Origin: Trueperaceae bacterium
GTDB taxonomy: Bacteria; Deinococcota; Deinococci; Deinococcales; Trueperaceae
DNA length: 64,000 nt
NCBI GenBank assembly: GCA_965215565.1
Contig: CBDCDZ010000004.1
Location: 3,456,001 to 3,520,000, forward strand
Direction of reading: 5' to 3'
Of this stretch, positions 38,945-48,198 are shown one piece after another (the first letter of the stretch is position 1; every line of letters begins with the position of its first letter). A program made the position numbers and the translations under genes. The notes beneath the pieces are model-generated. The model was not told the DNA's origin and did not search any database. It was given only the letters and a program-made list of their open reading frames with translations.

Positions 38945-41151
38945 GCGAGGGCCTCCTCGAGCGGCCTGCTGTACGTTTCCGTTAAGAGGTCAAGAGGTAG
39001 GGTCAAGGTTTGTTTTGGTATATCAATCTCGAGCCTATCGCCACCGACTTCACCGAGGGTTTGAAAAGGGAGCTTATGACTTGTCAAGAGAGTTTGCACG
39101 GGGATGACATCATCTTCTTTGAGCGCTAAGAGGACTCTTGACTGCGCCTCGCCGAAGAGCAGAGCGTCAGCCCGCACCTCATCGTTCAGCGTCACTTTAA
39201 CACCCTTTTGTCCCGTGATAGCCATTTCAGCTAGCGCAACCGCGAGGCCCCCTTCGGAGAGGTCGTGAGCGGTGTCACAAAGCCCTTGCTGAATAACGGC
39301 AGAGACAGCATCTTGGAGGGCTTCGGCGCGTTCCAAATTCAACGCGGGCGGACGCCCGATTTCCAAATTATGCCACTGCGCTAGATACTCCGATGCGCCG
39401 AGTTCAGCCGTGTTCTCACCAACGAGGAGCACGGTGTCCCTATCACGCTTAAACCCTTGCATTGCACGCTTCGAAATATCCGGCAGCACACCAACCATCC
39501 CGACGTTCGGTGTGGGATGAACCGCTCGTAAATCTTCACCTGCGCGGTATTGATTGTAGAGGCTGACGTTGCCGCCAGTGACAGGTGTTGCGAGCGCGAG
39601 GCACGCATCTTTCAACCCCTCGACGGCGCGTTCCATCTGGTAGTAAACGTCCGCCCTGGTCGGATTCCCGAAGTTGAGGTTATCCGTAATCGCAAGCGGC
39701 GTTGCGCCAACACAGGCGAGGTTGCGGGCGGCTTCGGCGACAGCGAGTTTTGCGCCCTCGTAAGGGTCCAAGTAGCAGTAGCGCGGGTTGCAGTCTACCG
39801 TCATAGCGATACCACGAGAGGTTCCCTTAACGCGCAACACAGCGGCGTCCGCTTGACCGGGTAAGACCACCGTATTCGTCATCACCTGATGATCGTACTG
39901 TTCAAAAACAGGGCGTTTCGAGGCGATGGTGGGGCTCGAGAGCAAGCTCAGCAATACCTCTTCCAAATTTTCGGGAACATCTATATCAATACACTGCTCA
40001 CGCTTGGCGCGGACCTCTTCATCCTCAACGCCTTCGCGGGTGTAGGTCGGCGCTTCGTTCAGCGCGGCGACGGGCATGTCCCCAACAACCTCACCGTTTT
40101 CTATAATCCGAAACATACCGTGATCTGCCACTTCACCTACGATGACGGCCTCGAGTTCCCACTTCCCTAGCAGTTCTAAAAGTGCATCCTCTTGACCCGG
40201 TTTCGGCACCAAAACCATGCGCTCTTGCGATTCGGAGAGCAGCACTTCTAAAGGCGTCATCCCCGTCTCGCGGCGCGGCACCTCATCTACGAAAAAGTCT
40301 ATCCCTTGCCCTGCCCGGTACGCCATCTCCGCCACCGAAGAGGTCAGACCCGCCGCGCCCATATCCTGCACGCCGATGACGAGGTCTTCTTCAATCGCTT
40401 CTAGGCACGCCTCGAGTAGTAACTTCTCCATAAACGGGTCGCCGACTTGTACAGCGGGTCTATCCGCGCCACTCTGCTCCGAGAGGTCAGCCGAGGCGAA
40501 GACCGCGCCGCCCAGCCCATCGCGTCCCGTCTTCGAACCCACATAAATCAGCGTATTCCCTACCTCGCCCACCGTCCCCGACTGAAGCTGTTCGTGGCGC
40601 ATGAGCCCCACTGCCATCACGTTGACTAAAGGGTTTTCCTGATAACAAGGGTGAAAGGCGATGTCGCCGCCGACAGTGGGCACGCCGATGGCGTTGCCGT
40701 AGAGCGAGATACCGTGAACGACGCCGTTCAAGAGGTATTTCGTTCGGTCATTATCCAGTTCACCGAAGTGGAGCGAGTCCAAGACCGCCACCGGACGCGC
40801 CCCCATCGCGAAGATGTCGCGTAAAATCCCGCCCACGCCCGTCGCCGCGCCCTGCACGGGCTCCACAGCGGAGGGGTGGTTGTGCGACTCCATCTTGAAA
40901 GCGACAGCGTACCCGCCGCCGATGTCCACGACGCCTGCGTTTTCGCCCGGACCCTGGAGGACTTGCGGTCCTCCAGTTGGTAAGCGTTTTAAGAGGGGTC
41001 TCGAGTTTTTATAGCCGCAGTGCTCGCTCCAGAGTGCGCCGAACATGGCGGCCTCGAGCGCGTTCGGCTCGCGCCCTAGCGCCCCTATAACGCCGTCGAA
41101 CTCTTCGTTGGAAAGGCCAAAGGTAGCGGCGCGGTCGCGGAGGCTCATCAC
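38941..41151 (-). CDS. purL: phosphoribosylformylglycinamidine synthase subunit (small PurL)
   Basis: WSEHCGYK, ESHNHPS, QDMGAAG, SESQERM, GGNVSLYN. Confidence 0.98.
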   Translation of the reverse strand: MMSLRDRAATFGLSNEEFDGVIGALGREPNALEAAMFGALWSEHCGYKNSRPLLKRLPTGGPQVLQGPGENAGVVDIGGGYAVAFKMESHNHPSAVEPVQGAATGVGGILRDIFAMGARPVAVLDSLHFGELDNDRTKYLLNGVVHGISLYGNAIGVPTVGGDIAFHPCYQENPLVNVMAVGLMRHEQLQSGTVGEVGNTLIYVGSKTGRDGLGGAVFASADLSEQSGADRPAVQVGDPFMEKLLLEACLEAIEEDLVIGVQDMGAAGLTSSVAEMAYRAGQGIDFFVDEVPRRETGMTPLEVLLSESQERMVLVPKPGQEDALLELLGKWELEAVIVGEVADHGMFRIIENGEVVGDMPVAALNEAPTYTREGVEDEEVRAKREQCIDIDVPENLEEVLLSLLSSPTIASKRPVFEQYDHQVMTNTVVLPGQADAAVLRVKGTSRGIAMTVDCNPRYCYLDPYEGAKLAVAEAARNLACVGATPLAITDNLNFGNPTRADVYYQMERAVEGLKDACLALATPVTGGNVSLYNQYRAGEDLRAVHPTPNVGMVGVLPDISKRAMQGFKRDRDTVLLVGENTAELGASEYLAQWHNLEIGRPPALNLERAEALQDAVSAVIQQGLCDTAHDLSEGGLAVALAEMAITGQKGVKVTLNDEVRADALLFGEAQSRVLLALKEDDVIPVQTLLTSHKLPFQTLGEVGGDRLEIDIPKQTLTLPLDLLTETYSRPLEEALA

Positions 41152-41220
41152 CGGAGTATTGTAAAGGAAACGGGCGGAGCATGTGCAGCTTGCGTATAAC
41201 GGAGTGAGCGGCGCTATCTT

Positions 41221-41297
41221 GAAGAGAAAAGGTTAAAGGACTGAGGTGAAAGTAAAACCCTCTTTCCTCTCAGCCCTTTTCTCTTTAACCTCTCTTC
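41221..41297. repeat. family D purine-arm/pyrimidine-arm palindrome
   Basis: GAAGAGAAAAGGTTAAAGGACTGAGG...CCTCTCAGCCCTTTTCTCTTTAACCTCTCTTC; similar at about 13640, 29590 and 50355. Confidence 0.6.
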
Positions 41298-41358
41298 TAT
41301 CCTTCCCAAACGATTCCCCGAGCAGTGACAGCAGCTCAACCAGTTATACAAATGAGGT

Positions 41359-41856
41359 TTAGAGCAACCTGCGCACGCCGCGCCGCGTCAAGTCGGCGGC
41401 GACGCCGTAGAAAAAGTGCGTGGTCAGTTCGTTCGCTTGTCGTCCTAAGGGAACCTTAAATGGTCCGCCTTCTAAGCCTAGAAGGGGCAGCGCGGTTCCG
41501 TGCGTCAGGGTAAAGAGGGCTGCGCCAAAAGGTACGCCGTAGCCCCTGCTCGCGGCGGGCGCAACTTCGGCGAGTGCGCCGTACGCGCTCCCGGTGAGTG
41601 CCCCGAAGGTCCAGTGAATAGCCTCCTCGAACTCGTCCTCGCGCCCCTCAACTCGCTCGTCGCCCCACACTTTTTTAGCAGCGATGACGGGCGGCGACGT
41701 CGCCTCGGGTGGACGTGGCGGGAACACCTCTTCGGCGAGCGTCTTCACGCCCGTCGCGACGATGCCCCCGATGAGCCCCGCTAACGCTCCTCTAAGAACG
41801 TCCTCTATGTGCACTTCTGGTTGATTTGAACGCTCGTTCACGCTCTCCTCCTTCAC
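41359..41856 (-). CDS. DUF1440-like membrane protein
   Basis: GALAGLIGG, FPPRPP..SPP, IHWTFG, LPLLGL, ELTTHFFYG. Confidence 0.75.
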   Translation of the reverse strand: MKEESVNERSNQPEVHIEDVLRGALAGLIGGIVATGVKTLAEEVFPPRPPEATSPPVIAAKKVWGDERVEGREDEFEEAIHWTFGALTGSAYGALAEVAPAASRGYGVPFGAALFTLTHGTALPLLGLEGGPFKVPLGRQANELTTHFFYGVAADLTRRGVRRLL

Positions 41857-42072
41857 ACTGTCTTTCTTGGGTCAAGCTTAACAAAAGGAAAAAGAAGTAG
41901 AGACATCTTTACCTCCCATTCTTCTTTTCGCTCGAGGCTGAATGAAAAATCGGTTGAGCCGTGAGATACGCGCCGTTAGAAGGGCGAATGAAACTCAGTT
42001 CGTATTCTGCCTTCTGTGTTCTCTCCACGTGATTAAGTCTACTCAACCAACTCTTGGGGGTGCCTCTTTCGG

Positions 42073-42279
42073 TCAGTTGAGTTCGCGCTCGCTCTGCAAA
42101 TTCGCGGGCGGCACCTCTTCATCTTCTAAATAGAGGTAGTCGTCAATGGTCTCCAAGAGGTCGCGCAGCCTGGGGTCGTCTACGAGGGCGTCGCAGAGTT
42201 CTAAGCGCTCCGGCTCTTCAAGTGCCGCGAGTGCGTCGATGAGGTCTTGAAGGGTAAGGTCAAAGTTGAGTTTGGTCAT
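42073..42279 (-). CDS. small acidic hypothetical protein
   Basis: 68 aa, GGAG SD upstream. Confidence 0.6.
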   Translation of the reverse strand: MTKLNFDLTLQDLIDALAALEEPERLELCDALVDDPRLRDLLETIDDYLYLEDEEVPPANLQSERELN

Positions 42280-42326
42280 AGGGACTCCGTTAAAATGAGC
42301 AGTGGTCTATTCTAAGCGGATTAGTT

Positions 42327-42437
42327 TAGCAATTCCAAATCACACTGAGACGGATGAGCGCAGGTATCATCCCTTAAAATACGTGCTAGACATCGTTTTA
42401 CAAAGTGAGAGTATCTCTGACCAGATAATACCTGCTA
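42327..42437 (+). repeat. family A element, full copy
   Basis: TAGCAATTCC...GCAGGTATCATC...GATAATACCTGCTA, 111 bp; ends 4 nt before ATG 42442. Confidence 0.9.
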
Positions 42438-42441
42438 CTTT

Positions 42442-42855
42442 ATGAATAATGCAGTAAACCCTACCGCCTTGCGGCTCGCACCGGGCGCAGACCTTAAAGG
42501 TGCGCTGCTCGAGCTTACCAAGGCGCGTGCGCTAAGAGCGGGCATCGTCTTGACGTGCGTCGGTAGCTTGGCGGAGGCGTCGTTGCGCTTTGCAGGACAA
42601 GATGAGACGACGACGCTGCTGGGTCCTTTTGAAATCCTGTCGCTCGTCGGGACGCTCTCCCCCGAGGGCGTCCACCTGCACATCGCCTTAGCGGACAAGG
42701 AGGGTAGAACGGTAGGCGGACACGTGCAAGGAGGCTGCCTGGTCTACACAACCGCAGAACTCGTCGTTGGTGAACTGAGCGGGATGACGTTTTTGCGCAC
42801 CTTTGATACCGTGACGGGCTACGAAGAATTAGAGGTGCGGGGCGGAAAAGCGTGA
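42442..42855 (+). CDS. PPC/DUF296 domain protein
   Basis: LRLAPGADL, CVGSL, FEILSLVGT, HLH, GGH, TTAE. Confidence 0.92.
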   Translation: MNNAVNPTALRLAPGADLKGALLELTKARALRAGIVLTCVGSLAEASLRFAGQDETTTLLGPFEILSLVGTLSPEGVHLHIALADKEGRTVGGHVQGGCLVYTTAELVVGELSGMTFLRTFDTVTGYEELEVRGGKA

Positions 42856-43877
42856 AGGTCAACTTTGGGTAGGGAGAGCTTGATCTCCTCCCCTGGGGCG
42901 AGACCAGAGCGGCGCACCTCCGTTTCGGGCAGAAGAACCTCTATAGCACCGCACCCTCGAACTCGGCAGGTGAGCAGCGCGTCTTTGCCCTGCAAAGAGG
43001 TCTGCAAAAGCGTTGCGTTCAAAACGTTATCGCGCGCATCTTCTCCTCGAGCCACCACCCGCACCCGCTCGGGGCGGATGCCGAGAGAAGAGGTCTGAGC
43101 GGGCTGGGAAAGCGCTAAGACCGCCTCGCCCCACTTGACCCGCGTTCCGCCCAACGGTTCGACCTCTAAAAGGTTGCCCATTCCGACGAGTTTAGCGACG
43201 CTCTCGCTCACAGGATGGTGCATGACCTCTTGCGCACTGCCAAGTTGCACCACGCGCCCTGCCTCGTAGACCGCGAGCGTATCGGCGAGCATTGTCGCTT
43301 CGCTGAGGTCGTGGGTGACCAAAACGAGCGGCATGTCCAGATGGCTCAAGAGGTCTGACACGCGGCGGCGCAAGGTGGCGCGGACGAGGTCATCCAAGGC
43401 GGCGAAAGGTTCGTCTAAAAGTAAAAGGCGCGGCTCCGAAGCGAGGGCGCGCGCTAACGCCACGCGCTGCTGCTGTCCGCCGGAGAGTTCGTGCGGATAG
43501 CGCGAGGAGAGGTTGGAGAGTTCCATCTGGCTGAGCCAGTCTTGCGCGCGCCCCCGCCCCAACCTCTTGTTGCGAAAGCTGTACGCCACGTTATGCAGCG
43601 CCGTGAGGTGTGGGAAGAGGTGGTAGCCCTGCGCGACGTAGCCGATGCGCCGCCGCTGCGGTTTGAGGTCTATCTTCTGTGACGAATCGAAAAGGGATAC
43701 GCCGTTTATACGAATTACCCCGCGCTCCGGTGTGAGCAGCCCAGCGATCGCCTCCAACGTCAAACTCTTGCCCGAGCCTGACGCGCCGAAGAGCGCCAAG
43801 CGAGAACTTGTCGTGCGAAACGAGGGCCCTAACCTAAACCCCTCTAACGTGGCGCGGATATCTAGCTCTAAGCTCAT
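42819..43877 (-). CDS. modC: molybdate ABC transporter ATPase
   Basis: GASGSGKS, LSGGQQQR, LLDEPF; start coupled to the modB stop. Confidence 0.88.
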   Translation of the reverse strand: MSLELDIRATLEGFRLGPSFRTTSSRLALFGASGSGKSLTLEAIAGLLTPERGVIRINGVSLFDSSQKIDLKPQRRRIGYVAQGYHLFPHLTALHNVAYSFRNKRLGRGRAQDWLSQMELSNLSSRYPHELSGGQQQRVALARALASEPRLLLLDEPFAALDDLVRATLRRRVSDLLSHLDMPLVLVTHDLSEATMLADTLAVYEAGRVVQLGSAQEVMHHPVSESVAKLVGMGNLLEVEPLGGTRVKWGEAVLALSQPAQTSSLGIRPERVRVVARGEDARDNVLNATLLQTSLQGKDALLTCRVRGCGAIEVLLPETEVRRSGLAPGEEIKLSLPKVDLHAFPPRTSNSS

Positions 43878-44644
43878 GACCGCATCACGTAGCTTCTGCG
43901 AATGAAGAGCCGAAAGAGAAAGAGGAGCAAAAACGCGCTCACCGTGAGGACGGCTGAGAGGGCTAGTGCTGCGTCTAAGTCGCTCTCCAACGCTGCATAA
44001 ATCGCCAGCGGCATCGTGCGCGTGCGCCCTGCGAACGAGCCCGCGAAGACCACCGTCGCGCCGAACTCGCCTAATGCCCGCGCCCACGCCAGCACGATTC
44101 CTTCGATCAAATACGGAACGACTAAAGGCAGCGTCACCCGCACGAACGTCTCGTAGCGGCTCATCCCGAGCGTCAGCGAGACGGCTTCCAACCTCTTGGG
44201 TACGGACGTAAAACCCGCTTTCATCGCGCGGATGAAAAGGGGTGAGGCGCTGAAAAGTTGCGCCAGAACCACCGCCGAGGCGGAGAAGGCGACGCTCAGC
44301 TCGAGTTCCGCCAACACGCCGCCCAATAGCCCACGCCGTCCGAACACAAGGAGTAACCCGACGCCCGCCACCACGGGCGGCAACACAAGCGGTAAATCCA
44401 AAAGCGTATCCAAAAGCCGGTGCCCCGGAAAGCGGTAACGCGCCAAAAGGTACGCGGTTGGCGTGCCCAAAAGGAGCGTGAGGAGGAGGCTGATACTCGT
44501 CGTGACGAGGCTGAGCCGTAAGGCCTGCAGCGCGGCGGGCTCTAAAAGTGCGCCCATCAGCGCGGGGTTAAGGGCGCGTAAAAGCAGCGCGAGCGTCGGT
44601 AGAACGAGGAGCGCCCCCATCACCACGCTCGCTACAGTAGGCAA
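43874..44644 (-). CDS. modB: molybdate ABC permease
   Basis: LPLVLPPVVAG, WARALGEFGAT. Confidence 0.93.
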   Translation of the reverse strand: MPTVASVVMGALLVLPTLALLLRALNPALMGALLEPAALQALRLSLVTTSISLLLTLLLGTPTAYLLARYRFPGHRLLDTLLDLPLVLPPVVAGVGLLLVFGRRGLLGGVLAELELSVAFSASAVVLAQLFSASPLFIRAMKAGFTSVPKRLEAVSLTLGMSRYETFVRVTLPLVVPYLIEGIVLAWARALGEFGATVVFAGSFAGRTRTMPLAIYAALESDLDAALALSAVLTVSAFLLLFLFRLFIRRSYVMRS

Positions 44645-44657
44645 AAGGGGCGGGAGG

Positions 44658-45404
44658 TTAGGGCTGCGCAGGGGAGAAGCCTCGCTCTGCTAAAATTCCT
44701 TGAGCGCTCGTCTGGACGAATTCGGCGAACGCCGAGGCTAACTCGGGTTGCTTACTATCCTCTAAAACCGCAATAGGATAACGCGCTGCAACGTTGTAGG
44801 CGGCTGGAATCTCGAGCACCTCAACCCCTCTCAGCGCCGCCGCGTCCGTCGCGTAGACGAGCGCCGCGTCCGCCTCGCCGAGTCCTACTTTCGCTGCGAC
44901 TTGCCGCACGTTCGTCTCCTCGGAGACGAGGTTCGCCAAAACGCGCTCCGAAAAGTCCGCGCCGTACCTTTCGTTCAAGTTTTCTAAAACGCTAAGCGCG
45001 TAGCGCCCCGCCGGTACGTTCGGTCCTGCCAGAACGAGCAACGCCCCTGGCTCGGCGAGGTCTTGGAGCGTTTCGACGGGCGAATCTTTTGGCGTAACTA
45101 CGACCAAACGGTTCTGCGCGAAGGTCTGCGGCGCACCGCTCAGCAGCCCCGCTTCTGCCACCACCTCCATCTGCGCTTCGTCCGCGCTGGCAAAGACGTC
45201 GGCGGGTGCGCCCTGCACAATCTGTGTGCTCAAGGTGGACGAGCCCGCGAAGTTGAGAATAACGTCCACGTCATGTTCTGCCGCAAACGCTGCCGCAACC
45301 TCTTCAAATGACTCGGTGAGGCTCGAGGCGGCAAACACCACCAACTCTTGCGCGTGAGTCAAATGAGTTGATAAGAGCAGGAGAATCAAGAGGATGAAAC
45401 GCAC
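44658..45404 (-). CDS. modA: molybdate-binding protein
   Basis: FAASSL, FAGSSTL, GAPADVFASA, VPAGRYA, VYATDA. Confidence 0.94.
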   Translation of the reverse strand: MRFILLILLLLSTHLTHAQELVVFAASSLTESFEEVAAAFAAEHDVDVILNFAGSSTLSTQIVQGAPADVFASADEAQMEVVAEAGLLSGAPQTFAQNRLVVVTPKDSPVETLQDLAEPGALLVLAGPNVPAGRYALSVLENLNERYGADFSERVLANLVSEETNVRQVAAKVGLGEADAALVYATDAAALRGVEVLEIPAAYNVAARYPIAVLEDSKQPELASAFAEFVQTSAQGILAERGFSPAQP

Positions 45405-45470
45405 AACCGACTATATCAAGCTGTTCTAAAAGAAGCGGCTCAGGTTTGACACGAGTTTGACACGAAGAGG

Positions 45471-45980
45471 TTAAGACTCCTCCACGTCGCTTTGAGGGAC
45501 GCGGTTTTGCTCGGGCCTACCTAGCAGTCCCATCAGGTTGTCCATACCCAAGAGGAGCCCCAAACCTAGCGTGAGCCTCACCGCTCCGCTGACGGGCCGT
45601 ACGAAGCTATTCGTGAAGCCTGCCGGTGCGAACAGACCGTCCGCGATGACCTGCAACACGTCGGCGGCTCCTTGCACTGCAAAAATAAGCCCGACCACCG
45701 AAAAGGCTAAACGCTGCACCTGCTGAAACGAGAGCGCGCCGATGTTTACGTCGCTAGGGTTGGGCGTGAGCCAGGTGGCAATGCGGGGCGCGTAACGCCA
45801 CAGCGTGAACGCAACGCCGAGGGTAACGAGAGTGTTCACGGCGTAAGAGGTGACGAAAAGAAGCGCCTCTTCCGTGCCGAAAAGCGAAGGAATCATCCAG
45901 GTGAGAGAGGTCAGCGTAATGAGAACGAAGTAGAGCGCTAGAACGCGGCAGGAGAGGGCGGAGAGGTCTCGCGTGTCCAT
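45471..45980 (-). CDS. hypothetical 4-TM membrane protein
   Basis: leaderless CATAAT before ATG 45980; hydrophobic segments. Confidence 0.7.
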   Translation of the reverse strand: MDTRDLSALSCRVLALYFVLITLTSLTWMIPSLFGTEEALLFVTSYAVNTLVTLGVAFTLWRYAPRIATWLTPNPSDVNIGALSFQQVQRLAFSVVGLIFAVQGAADVLQVIADGLFAPAGFTNSFVRPVSGAVRLTLGLGLLLGMDNLMGLLGRPEQNRVPQSDVEES

Positions 45981-45987
45981 ACCTCGA

Positions 45988-46254
45988 TTATGGTGCAGAG
46001 GGCGGTTTAGAAACAACTCGAGCCGCTAGAAAGTCTGCCTTGCGCCAAAGTAATGAAATCGCCACAAGGTAGATGACGATATTGGTGCCGAGGAGCGCAA
46101 GCGCGACGAGCACCGTGCTATCAAGTTCTGTCCCCGTCAATGATAGAGGAAGCAAAGATGCTGCAATCATGCTAGGCAGAGATAAGGCAAGTTGAACGAA
46201 AAAGTAGAGCGCTAGGAGCCGACAGGCGGTTTTGGCAAAGGTATAGATGTCCAC
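45988..46254 (-). CDS. half-size paralog of the 45471 membrane protein
   Basis: CRLLALYF...LWRKA versus CRVLALYF...LWRYA; leaderless TAAAAT. Confidence 0.65.
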   Translation of the reverse strand: MDIYTFAKTACRLLALYFFVQLALSLPSMIAASLLPLSLTGTELDSTVLVALALLGTNIVIYLVAISLLWRKADFLAARVVSKPPSAP

Positions 46255-46310
46255 CTTCCAATTTTAGGAAAGGTGGGTAGACAAAGTTGAGAATTATTCC
46301 CTGTGTGCTC

Positions 46311-47342
46311 TCACTCCCCAAACATCATCCGCACGGGCACAGGCTCGCGGTTCTTTTCGCTCACATCCGCCCACGTCCAGCCCGCGCACCGCAGCATGGT
46401 GTGGAGTCTGGCGCGGCGCTCTGCGTAGCGCGCCAACCGCTCGTTGGCCTCTTCGCCATAGGTATCTAAAGGGTTATCCACAGACTTATCCACAGGCTTA
46501 TCCACAAGCGAAAAATCAGGTAGAGGCGGCGTTTCGTGCGTGAATTCCACAAAGACCTCTTCTAAGCTCGAGACAAAACCCGCCACCGCCCGCCTCGAGA
46601 CTGTAAAGTGCTCGTCTCGTTGGACAGTGTCGGTGCATTCGAGCAGCGTTAAAACCTCGTCCAACATCGCCACCGCTAAAACGAGCGCGTAAGCGGGTTC
46701 TTTCGCACCTGAAAAGTGCAGCGCGGGGTAGCGGCGGTGGGTGTGCTCCAAGGTCACGAGCATCGGGGCGAGCGTGCTCAAGATGGGAACTGTCTTATCC
46801 TCTTTGCGCCAGATGCGGTCTAGTAACCTCTCCGGCGTATCCCCTAAGTGGTGAATGTAGAGCGCCAAGCGCCGCCGCTGCATCTCGCCCTGGACCATCG
46901 GCACGAAGAACGAGATGATGAGCGTGATCAAAAAGAAGCTGCTCAAAGAGGCGAAGGCGGTCAAGACCTGGTAGAACTGCGTGCCCGGTTGGTAGTCGCC
47001 GATGCCCAACGTTGAGAGGGTGTAGCCGCTGAAGTAGACGCGCGACCAGAAGGGCGCGGGGTTGCCGGAGGAGCCTTCTAGGACAGCTTGGGGTGAACTG
47101 GTGAAGATGATGAGCCAGCCCAGCCAAAGGACCAAAAACCAAGCGGCGACGGTGCATAGAATCGTGACCATGCCGAGTTGCGGAAGAGGTTGCTCTAAGC
47201 CTCCCTTACGCTGCACCAAGCGGCTCGCACACCAGGTCACAGCCATCGCGACGGGCCCGCCGCCCGTCATGGTGATGGTGGCAACCATCTCCACGGCGAT
47301 AGCGAGGACGACGCTTAAACCTACGAGAACGCCTAGTATCAT
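46311..47342 (-). CDS. two-TM-pore ion channel family protein
   Basis: YFSGYTLSTLGIGDYQP pore loop. Confidence 0.85.
   Translation of the reverse strand: MILGVLVGLSVVLAIAVEMVATITMTGGGPVAMAVTWCASRLVQRKGGLEQPLPQLGMVTILCTVAAWFLVLWLGWLIIFTSSPQAVLEGSSGNPAPFWSRVYFSGYTLSTLGIGDYQPGTQFYQVLTAFASLSSFFLITLIISFFVPMVQGEMQRRRLALYIHHLGDTPERLLDRIWRKEDKTVPILSTLAPMLVTLEHTHRRYPALHFSGAKEPAYALVLAVAMLDEVLTLLECTDTVQRDEHFTVSRRAVAGFVSSLEEVFVEFTHETPPLPDFSLVDKPVDKSVDNPLDTYGEEANERLARYAERRARLHTMLRCAGWTWADVSEKNREPVPVRMMFGE
46474..46506 (+). promoter_or_regulatory. three tandem consensus DnaA boxes inside the channel CDS
   Basis: TTATCCACA at 46474, 46486 and 46498; function unproven. Confidence 0.45.
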
Positions 47343-47362
47343 CTCGGCATTATAGGGTGTAG

Positions 47363-47473
47363 TAGCAGTTCTAAGACATACTGAGACGGATGAGCGCAGA
47401 TATCATCTCCGAATGTGCGTGCTAGACACCGCTTTGCATAGTGAGAGTGTCTCAAACCAGATGATACCTGCTA
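47363..47473 (+). repeat. family A element, full copy
   Basis: TAGCAGTTCT...GCAGATATCATCT...AGATGATACCTGCTA, 111 bp. Confidence 0.92.
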
Positions 47474-47490
47474 TAGCAAGGAAGGGCGCG

Positions 47491-48072
47491 CTAGACAAGC
47501 CCCTTAGCTAAAACGCTCACCGCCCGCGCCACTACCTCTTCACGCTGCGCCGAGTCGGTGAGCTTAGGCACCTGTTTTTCAATCGTCAGCTTAGCGAGTC
47601 CGTGCAGCGCCGCCCAAACGACGGCGCTGTCCACATACGAATCGCCGTCCAAGCGCTCAACACTCTGCAAGAGCGCCCCGTAAGCCCGTTTCGACGCAGC
47701 GTAGAGCCCTTCGTTTTTCATCCGCGCCTCAGCCGGGATGAGTGCGAACATGACGCGGGTCAGCTCGGGATTCTCGAGCGCAAAGCCGATATAAGCGTCG
47801 GCTAAAGAGCGAAGTTTAGACTCTAAGCCGCCTTCACCTCTTTCAATATTCCCGTGCAGCGCGTTCGCAAGTTCCTCAAACCCTTCTCGCGCGACAGCCT
47901 CGAGTAATACCTTTTTGCTCGCGAAGTGCCGATACACTGCCGGATGCGTCACGCCGACCTCTCGAGCTAACGCTCGCAGGTTGAGTGCCGCCGCACCCCC
48001 TTTTGCAATCTGCGCCCGCGCCGCACGCACAAGTGCATTTTTCAAATCTCCATGATGATAGTCGCCGCTCAA
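47491..48072 (-). CDS. TetR family regulator (WHG-type C-terminus)
   Basis: YHHGDLKNAL, LRALAREVGVTHPAVYRHF, WAALHG. Confidence 0.93.
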   Translation of the reverse strand: MSGDYHHGDLKNALVRAARAQIAKGGAAALNLRALAREVGVTHPAVYRHFASKKVLLEAVAREGFEELANALHGNIERGEGGLESKLRSLADAYIGFALENPELTRVMFALIPAEARMKNEGLYAASKRAYGALLQSVERLDGDSYVDSAVVWAALHGLAKLTIEKQVPKLTDSAQREEVVARAVSVLAKGLV

Positions 48073-48101
48073 AATTCAGACCTCTTGTCTTCCAGGATAC
48101 A

Positions 48102-48153
48102 ATGTTACCGTCGGTTACATAAGATACTCAGCATTAGTTACCAAAGGTAACAT
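48102..48153. promoter_or_regulatory. two palindromic TetR-type operators
   Basis: GTTACC-gtc-GGTTAC and GTTACC-aaa-GGTAAC between the divergent tetR and SDR genes. Confidence 0.7.
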
Positions 48154-48198
48154 GTTCGAGAGGTCACGTGGAATCTCTTGAAAGTTCTCGAGAGGTAG

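Noticed and set aside
46462..46506. DnaA box cluster as oriC
   Set aside because: Inside a CDS, with no AT-rich unwinding element and no dnaA/dnaN context
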